This document shows positions 54,355 to 61,204 of a stretch of DNA of 64,000 nucleotides, in pieces. The position numbers and the translations under genes were made by a program. The stretch is from Betaproteobacteria bacterium. GTDB lineage: Bacteria > Pseudomonadota > Gammaproteobacteria > Burkholderiales > Rhodocyclaceae. The notes beneath the pieces are model-generated. The model worked only from the letters and a program-made list of their open reading frames with translations, did no database searches and had not been told where the DNA came from. How positions within the stretch are numbered: position 1 is the stretch's first letter; every line of letters begins with the position of its first letter. The stretch spans positions 292,715 through 356,714 of the forward strand of contig JADIYD010000009.1 of assembly GCA_016705475.1 (NCBI GenBank), in the 5' to 3' direction.

Positions 54355-54434
54355 TGCCATCCTGTCATGCCGGTTTGCCCAGATTCCTGAAAATCCAAGT
54401 CAATTGCTGGAAGTCGGCATATGACAAATTGTCA
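54355..54434. promoter_or_regulatory. Two candidate enhancer (UAS) sites TG(A/C)CA-N3-TGTCA
   Basis: TGCCATCCTGTCA (54355-54367) and TGACAAATTGTCA (54422-54434), upstream of the sigma54 site beyond an AT-rich tract (about 54290-54320). Confidence 0.55.
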
Positions 54435-54504
54435 TTTCCTGAAACTGCTTGTTTTCGCAGTCAGGACCTGTCGTTCCTTCGGGCTTGCCATACAAGGCAC
54501 TGCG

Positions 54505-54680
54505 ATCTTGCCGGGGCTGGATGGCTTGCAGTTGCTAAAATCCCTGCGGGTGGCGGGGGAATTTGCCGTTGTTGTTCCTGACCGCGCCCAATCAGGTTGA
54601 GGGTCTGGTCAAGGAGCTGGCGTTGGGCGCTGACGACTGTCTGGTCAAGCCTTTCGCCATTTCGGAACTGCTCGCATGCT
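54505..54680 (+). pseudogene. Decayed CusR/CzcR/HprR-type response regulator fragment
   Basis: Reads LPGLDGLQLLKSLR, then after a shift PLLFLTA...LALGADDCLVKPFAISELLA, matching the OmpR-family heavy-metal REC pattern; no start and no DNA-binding domain. Confidence 0.65.
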
Positions 54681-54834
54681 CCATCGTTCTCGCCCATGGT
54701 GGCGAGAACGCGGTGTCCATTTCCGATCAGAGCGCCGAGTTTTATCGGCGTTTGCCGCGGGGCGATTGATCGCTGCTGGCCAGGCTGCCCCAGTTTCCGC
54801 ATACTGCCTGCCTGACGAACACGAGGAGACCCCC

Positions 54835-55521
54835 ATGGAAATCGACATGCCGCCGCTTGAGGTCGAAACTGCCGCCAACCCCGAGTACGCGGTGATCTGG
54901 CTACACGGCCTGGGCGCCGATGGCTCGGACTTCGTGCCGGTCGTCCCCGAGCTCGGTCTCGCCGCGTCGCCGGCCGTCCGTTTCATCTTCCCGCACGCGC
55001 CCTACATGGCAGTCACCTGCAATGGCGGCTACGTCATGCGCGCCTGGTACGACATCATTTCGCTCGACAGCACCAGCCGGCGTATCGACGAGGCGGGGAT
55101 CGTTGCCTCACGCGAAACCGTGCGGCACCTGATCGAACGTGAAAAAGGCCGAGGAATTCCGGTCGACCGCATCTTTCTCGCCGGTTTTTCGCAAGGCGGC
55201 GCGGTCGCCTACACGACGGCGCTGACCCACCCGGAGAAGCTGGCCGGGCTCATCGCCTTGTCGACCTACATTCCTTCGCCGGCGCTGCTTGATAAAGACT
55301 CAGCGGGCGCCAATCACAACATCCCGATCTATGCCGCTCACGGTACAGCCGACGATGTGGTTTCGCCAGTCCTCGGTCTGGCCGCCCGGGATCTGTTACT
55401 CGAACGCGGCTACGACATCGCGTGGCACGAGTACCCGATGCCGCATTCGGTCTGTCTGGAGGAAGTTTGGGCTATCGGCAGTTGGCTTGGCGAGCAGATG
55501 CGTAAAACCGGCGCAACCTAG
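54835..55521 (+). CDS. Carboxylesterase/phospholipase (alpha/beta hydrolase)
   Basis: WLHGLGADG, MRAWYDI, GFSQGG nucleophile elbow, HGTADDVV, PHSV; GAGGAG RBS. Confidence 0.92.
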   Translation: MEIDMPPLEVETAANPEYAVIWLHGLGADGSDFVPVVPELGLAASPAVRFIFPHAPYMAVTCNGGYVMRAWYDIISLDSTSRRIDEAGIVASRETVRHLIEREKGRGIPVDRIFLAGFSQGGAVAYTTALTHPEKLAGLIALSTYIPSPALLDKDSAGANHNIPIYAAHGTADDVVSPVLGLAARDLLLERGYDIAWHEYPMPHSVCLEEVWAIGSWLGEQMRKTGAT

Positions 55522-55539
55522 CCGCCGCTGCGTCGTGGC

Positions 55540-55779
55540 TTACTTGGCCCGGGTACGTCCCGGCTTGTCGGTGTCGGTGATCGAATGGGCTTCTTCGTCC
55601 GCCGCCTGGAGCAGCCAGATCAGGTCGCTGCCCTGCACCGGCATCGGGATCATCTGGTTCCAGCGCCAGCGAAACACCGGGCCGTACGGGACATAGCGCG
55701 CCAGCACATCGCCCTGTTCGGTCACACCGAAAAACGGCAGCGGTGCGGTAATGAGAGCCTTCAGTTGTTCATTGGTCAC
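55540..55779 (-). CDS. Hypothetical 79-aa protein
   Basis: GTG start with GGAGG RBS; follows ccoG on the same strand. Confidence 0.65.
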   Translation of the reverse strand: MTNEQLKALITAPLPFFGVTEQGDVLARYVPYGPVFRWRWNQMIPMPVQGSDLIWLLQAADEEAHSITDTDKPGRTRAK

Positions 55780-55843
55780 GGTGCAATTCCTCCCGAAGAA
55801 TCGAGGCCTTCACGTCCACGGCCTCAACGGAAGTATTCTAAGC

Positions 55844-57247
55844 TCAAGGCATCCAGAATTTCGAGCGTTCCGTTACGGCTACAAGCGGATCGGCCACGTC
55901 CGCCACGTTGAAGGTGATCGGTGCGGCGCCCGACGGTGCCGAGCCCGGTTCGACGCTGACAATCGCCGTCTGAGTGCCAATCTCGCCACCCGGAATGGTG
56001 ATTTCACTGTCGCTCGCCAGGCGTACCCCTTCGATGCCGCCGATGGTGATCCTGAATGTCCGCGTCTGGTCGCCGGTGTTCATGATTTGCAGGCGATAAG
56101 CGTTCTCGATGGAGCCGTCGTCGGCTTCCCGCGACAGCACGTTGCGATCTTTCAGGACATTGACGATGAGGGGAATCCGGGAGGCCAGCGACCACGCCGT
56201 AGCGGCAGTCAGGGCGACGAGGATCGCCGTGTAAATGATGACCCGTGGCCGGGCGGCGCGACGAATGATTTCCATCGTCGTGTAGCGCATGGTGACGGCG
56301 TTTTCAGTCGAATAGCGGATCAGGCCGCGTGGATAGTTCATTTTGTCCATCACCTGGTCGCAGGCGTCGATGCAGGCGGCGCAGCCGATGCACTCGTTCT
56401 GCAGACCGTTGCGGATATCGATGCCGGTCGGGCAGACCTGAACGCAAATACCGCAATCGACGCAATCACCCAGGCCCACCGTCTTGGGATCGACGCCCTT
56501 GGCACGAGGGCCACGCGCGTCGCCGCGTGCCGTGTCGTAGGCGATGATCAGCGTGTCAGGGTCGAACATCACGAACTGGAAGCGGGCGTAGGGGCAGATC
56601 TGGCGGCACATCTGGTCGCGCAGGAAGCCGGCGTTGCCATAGGTAGCAATGGTGTAGAAGACAACCCAGAAAGAAGACCAGGCGCCGGGCGACAAGCTGA
56701 CGATATCGTTCATCAGGTCGTGGATCGGCATGAAATAACCGACAAAGGTGATCCCGGTCCACAGTGAAAAGAGCAGCCAGGTTGCGTGTTTGGCGCTCTT
56801 GAGGGCAATTTTGCGGGCCGACCACGGCGCGGCATCGAGCTTGATGCGTTGTGGCCGCTCGCCTTCGATCATCTTCTCGAACCACAGGAAAATCTCGGTA
56901 TAGACGGTCTGCGGGCAGGTGTAGCCGCACCACAATCGCCCGGCCACGGCGGTGAACAGGAAGAGTGTGAAGGCGCCGAGGATCATGAGCAGCACGAGGT
57001 AAATCGTGTCCTGCGGCCAAAGAACGAGGTCGAAGAAATAGAACTTGCGCGTGTCGATATCGAACAACACTGCCTGTCGACCGTGCCAGGGCAGCCAGCA
57101 CAGGCCGTAGAAAACGATCTGGGTCAGCCAGACGAAGATCCAGCGCCAGCGCGTGAAAGGGCCACTGATCGAACGCGGGTAAACCTTGCCTTCGGGGTCG
57201 GCGACGGGCTTGATGTTGATGACTTTTCGCGGGGACTGCTCGGCCAT
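55844..57247 (-). CDS. ccoG: Cytochrome c oxidase accessory protein CcoG (FixG), membrane 4Fe-4S protein
   Basis: GRLWCGYTCPQT, CPYARFQ, CVDCGICVQVCPTGIDIR, CIGCAACIDAC; C-terminal Ig-like FixG domain. Confidence 0.93.
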   Translation of the reverse strand: MAEQSPRKVINIKPVADPEGKVYPRSISGPFTRWRWIFVWLTQIVFYGLCWLPWHGRQAVLFDIDTRKFYFFDLVLWPQDTIYLVLLMILGAFTLFLFTAVAGRLWCGYTCPQTVYTEIFLWFEKMIEGERPQRIKLDAAPWSARKIALKSAKHATWLLFSLWTGITFVGYFMPIHDLMNDIVSLSPGAWSSFWVVFYTIATYGNAGFLRDQMCRQICPYARFQFVMFDPDTLIIAYDTARGDARGPRAKGVDPKTVGLGDCVDCGICVQVCPTGIDIRNGLQNECIGCAACIDACDQVMDKMNYPRGLIRYSTENAVTMRYTTMEIIRRAARPRVIIYTAILVALTAATAWSLASRIPLIVNVLKDRNVLSREADDGSIENAYRLQIMNTGDQTRTFRITIGGIEGVRLASDSEITIPGGEIGTQTAIVSVEPGSAPSGAAPITFNVADVADPLVAVTERSKFWMP

Positions 57248-57296
57248 TGTTTTTCCGGAGACACCTCTGCGAACGTATTGCGCCGGACGCAGGTAT

Positions 57297-57319
57297 AAGA
57301 TATAAATGAAATGAATCTT
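57297..57319. promoter_or_regulatory. NsrR-type 11-1-11 operator
   Basis: AAGATATAAAT-G-AAATGAATCTT between divergent ccoG and nsrR; resembles AAGATGYATTT-N-AAATRCATCTT. Confidence 0.7.
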
Positions 57320-57377
57320 TTATGCTACCAATCAATTCTGGTCAAAGCAATATTTAGAATATTTTTTATAAACAGCC

Positions 57378-57842
57378 ATGCGCCTGAGCACCTTTTCCGA
57401 TTACAGCCTGCGCGTCCTCATGTATCTCGGCGTGCAGGACGACCGGCTGGTCACCATCGCCGAGATCGCCGCCGTCCACGACATCTCGAAAGCCCACCTC
57501 ATGAAAGTGGTGCATCAGCTGGGCCTGAACGGCCATATCGAGACCGTGCGCGGCAAGGGTGGCGGCATCCGGCTGGCCCGACCACCCCGCGAGATCGTTG
57601 TTGGCAGCGTGATCCGTCAGTCGGAAAGCGATTTTGCTTTGGCTGAGTGCTTTGCCGCCAACGCGACATGCCGGATTCAGGGCGCATGTTGCCTGCCTGC
57701 CATTCTCAACGAGGCCCTGAATGCCATGTTTCTCGTGCTCGATGGTTATACGCTTGCTGATCTGTTGCAACGGCCACGCGGACTTGTGCCGGCAGCAGCT
57801 TGCGCTCTCGCCGTCTGCAGTGCGGAGGGCCTCCATGACTGA
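57378..57842 (+). CDS. nsrR: Rrf2-family regulator, NsrR-like
   Basis: MRL..FSDYSLRVLMYL, HLMKVV, RGKGGGIRLA, Fe-S Cys ligands (ECF...C....C). Confidence 0.85.
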   Translation: MRLSTFSDYSLRVLMYLGVQDDRLVTIAEIAAVHDISKAHLMKVVHQLGLNGHIETVRGKGGGIRLARPPREIVVGSVIRQSESDFALAECFAANATCRIQGACCLPAILNEALNAMFLVLDGYTLADLLQRPRGLVPAAACALAVCSAEGLHD

Positions 57843-58050
57843 GCGGACTCCCGGCAAGAATGAACTGGAGCAGGCCTTCGAACTGGAGCTTTCAGACGAG
57901 GATATTCTCGACGCACTGAGCCATGTTTCTGGCTATCTCGACATTAGCACCGAGGACTTTCGCATCGTCTACCATCTCGCCTGGCGCCATGCGCTGGCCC
58001 GCTTGCAGGCCCAACGGGCAGCGGACAGTAAAGACACCAAGCCCGAATGA
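57835..58050 (+). CDS. Small protein resembling the N-terminal part of HPP-associated CBS-domain proteins
   Basis: LSDEDILDAL..VSGYLDIS.EDFR.VY.LA..HA; overlaps both neighbours. Confidence 0.6.
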   Translation: MTERTPGKNELEQAFELELSDEDILDALSHVSGYLDISTEDFRIVYHLAWRHALARLQAQRAADSKDTKPE

Positions 58051-58607
58051 AGCTCGAAAGCGGTTGGCACGACTACTGGCGCAAAATGCGTGGAACGACC
58101 CGCGGTAGTCCTCCGCGGGTCAGCAACGAAGAGCTTGTCTGGTCGTGGATCGGCTCATTTCTCGGCATCACGGCATTGGTCGCAGTTGGCCAGCTGCTGT
58201 TTGCGGGAACTGACCTGATGCTGCTGATCGGTTCCTTCGGCGCTTCGGCTGTTCTGGTTTACGGGGCGGTCCGTAGCCCGCTGGCCCAGCCGCGCAATCT
58301 GCTCGGCGGACACATACTGTCTGCGCTGACTGGGGTGATTTGCTGGAAATTGTTTCAGCATGTGCCCTGGCTGGCGCCCGGGCTGGCAGTGGCGGCAGCG
58401 ATCGTCTTGATGCATGCGACCCGTACCCTGCATCCGCCGGGCGGCGCAACGGCGCTGATCGCCGTGATCGGCTCACCGGAAATCCACGCGCTGGGCTTCT
58501 GGTACGTTCTCGTGCCGGCGACGCTCGGGCCGCTCATCCTGCTCGTCATGGCCTTGCTGATCAATAACCTGCCGCGCTCACGGCGTTATCCGGAAATCTG
58601 GTTTTAG
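58047..58607 (+). CDS. HPP family membrane protein
   Basis: SFGASAVL, SPLAQPRN, HPPGGA motifs. Confidence 0.93.
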   Translation: MKLESGWHDYWRKMRGTTRGSPPRVSNEELVWSWIGSFLGITALVAVGQLLFAGTDLMLLIGSFGASAVLVYGAVRSPLAQPRNLLGGHILSALTGVICWKLFQHVPWLAPGLAVAAAIVLMHATRTLHPPGGATALIAVIGSPEIHALGFWYVLVPATLGPLILLVMALLINNLPRSRRYPEIWF

Positions 58608-58610
58608 AAA

Positions 58611-58641
58611 TGATAATGGCCGGACAAGCCGGCCATTATCA
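58611..58641. terminator. Hairpin between convergent genes
   Basis: Perfect 13-bp stem TGATAATGGCCGG/CCGGCCATTATCA with a 5-nt loop. Confidence 0.75.
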
Positions 58642-58652
58642 GCAGAAACCGA

Positions 58653-60968
58653 TCAGTGCCGGCTCTGGATTTCCTCGATGTAGCCAAGCATCCCGGTCTG
58701 GATATTCCCGGCGTTGCCTTCATCGGTATCGATGTGCATGGCCAGGCGGAAGGCCGGATTGACCCGGACGACGACGTCACCGAAGATCAGCTGGCGTTCG
58801 CCTTCGATGCGCACGCGGACGACGTAGTTGTCGCGGACATGGAAGCGCATGGCATCTTCCGGCGTCATGTGGATATGGCGCTGGGCGCAGATGACGCCGC
58901 GTTCGATGACCGAAGTGCCGTACGGGCCTTCCAGCGTCACGCCTGGCGTGCCAGCCAGATCACCGGACTGACGGATCGGTGGCTGGACACCGAGCTTGAA
59001 CTGCTCGGTCATCGCGATCTCGACCTGGGTTTCCTTGCGGGTTGGTCCGAGCACGCGAACCTTGGCGATCCGCCCCTTGGGGCCGACCAGATGGACCTGT
59101 TCCTGGCAGGCGAACTGGCCGGGCTGCGACAGTTCGTGCATGGGCGTCAGCTGGTGGCCCGGGCCGAACAGTTTTTCGACATCGGCTTGCGACAGGTGGG
59201 CGTGGTGGGCGGAGATTTCGACCGGGATCGGCAGCTCTTCGGCGTTGGCAGCCTGCAGCAGGGCGTTGCGCTCGATGGCGCGCAGCGTTTCCCAGGCGAC
59301 GAGGCGCTCGTCGTCGTTGGCCACAACAATGATGGTGACCGGGGAGTCGTCCGCCGAGATGATGACGAAATTCTCGATACTGCCAACATTGCGGTTCTTT
59401 TCCTCGTCGAGCTTGATGCCCATGAACTCGAGGCCCTGGCAGGCCAGGCTGCGGACAGTGGCACTGGTTTCGCCGACATCGCCGGTGAAGGCCAGGACGT
59501 CGATGCCGCCCATGGCGGCAACATAGGCGCCGATGTTCTTGCGCACCTGATAGCAGTAGGCCTTGTGGGCGAGCAGGGCGCGGTGGTGGCCGTCGGCTGC
59601 GGCTTCCTCGATTTCGTGGATGTCGCTGGAAATGCCGGAAATACCCTTCATGCCACTTTCGCTATTGATCAGCGTCGATAGCTGCTCGGGCGACATGTGA
59701 TGCTTCTCCATGAGGTGGATCATCACTGCCGGGTCGATGCTGCCGGAACGGCTCGGCATGATCAGACCATCGGACGGCGTCATGCCCATCGTCGTGTCAA
59801 TCGAGCGGCCGTGGTCGATGGCGCATAGCGAAGCGCCGATGCCGAGGTGGCAGGAAACGATTTCCAGCTCACCAAGCGGGCGCTTGAGGACTTCGGCTGA
59901 CTTCAGCGAAACGTAGCGGTGCGAGGTGCCGTGGAAGCCGTAGCGACGGATGCCGTGCTGCTTGTACAGGTCGTAGGGCAGGCCGTAGAGGTAGGCGTAG
60001 GGGGGCCAGCGTCTGGTGAAAGGCGGTGTCGAAAACAGCGACCTGCGGGACGTTGGGGAACTGCTTCATGGCAACGCGAATGCCGGCCACATTGACCGGG
60101 TTGTGCAAGGGCGCGAATGCCGATAGTTCCTCGATGTCGGCGATCACGGCAGGCGTGATGACGACCGAACTCGAGAACTTGTTGCCGCCATGCACGACGC
60201 GATGGCCGATGGCGGTGACTTCTTCCGGATGGAAGGTGAAATGCTCGCCGAGCAGGGCGGTCGCTTCCTGCATGACCTTGAAAAGGTCGGACAGCTTGAA
60301 CGGTGCGTGTTCGATGGTTTTCTGCTGCGTACCGACCTTGACGGTAATCAGGGTAACCTGCTGGTCAGCATGGTCGATAATGCCGTACATCGGCCCCGCT
60401 CTCTTCGGTGTCGTAGATGCCGAAATGAATCTGGCTGATGCCGACATTGAGGACGACCACCTTGCCTGGTTCGTTGGTCGTCAGCGAGAGGGCATACGGG
60501 TCGCTGGAGCGGACGATGGCATTGGTTTGGGCAGTGACCAGATCGACCGACATGGCGCGGGTGCGGTCGGCGAGCAGGCGCGACAGGTAGCCAACGGCCT
60601 TCGGGTTGGTCAGGATGTGTGTTGAAGACATCCTGCGGGATCATCAGCACGAAACAGCGGTTGCCGGCGATGACGTCGGCGACGATGCGGTCACCGGTGA
60701 GCAGCGACATCACGCCAAAAACGTCACCAACACCAAGCTGTGTGATGACGGCACGCGTGCCGGTGTTGTCGGTCATCGAAATCTCGGCATGGCCGCTGAT
60801 CATGACGCCGATGGAACGACCCTCATCGCCGGTTTCGAGGATGGCCTCGTTGCCTTCGTAAGTCGCCAGGCGGGACTTGATGACGATTTCCTCGACCTTG
60901 TCGGCCGGAAAGTTTTCGAACAGGCGCACCTGTTCAAGGAAGAAGCGCTTCAGATCGATTTCACTCAT
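58653..60968 (-). CDS. cNMP-binding domain - acetate kinase - PduL phosphotransacylase fusion (frameshifts near 60620, 60395, 60003)
   Basis: cNMP pattern ([10 protein letters not shown]...ADV); AckA motifs [38 protein letters not shown]; PduL motifs [24 protein letters not shown]. Confidence 0.88.
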
Positions 60969-61204
60969 GCTGTTTTCCCTTGCCTTGAAGGCTATATTTT
61001 ATGAGTGCAAGACTACCATTTTGTTGCGCTGCAGCAAATACTTTTGCAGGGTTGTGGCGCCTCTGATTCTTGACGATTGCAACAAACGGTACATTCACCA
61101 TTTTGGTGCTTCCCGATCTTGATTCTGTTCGCATTTTTCAGCGGCCGGGACGATTCATCGCTAAAATTGACGAATCCAGAAACATGCCAAAAGGAAGCGT
61201 CTCG

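Noticed and set aside
57320-57345. Possible FNR box upstream of ccoG
   Set aside because: Half-sites (ATCAA, GTCAA) are present but not in TTGAT-N4-ATCAA arrangement.
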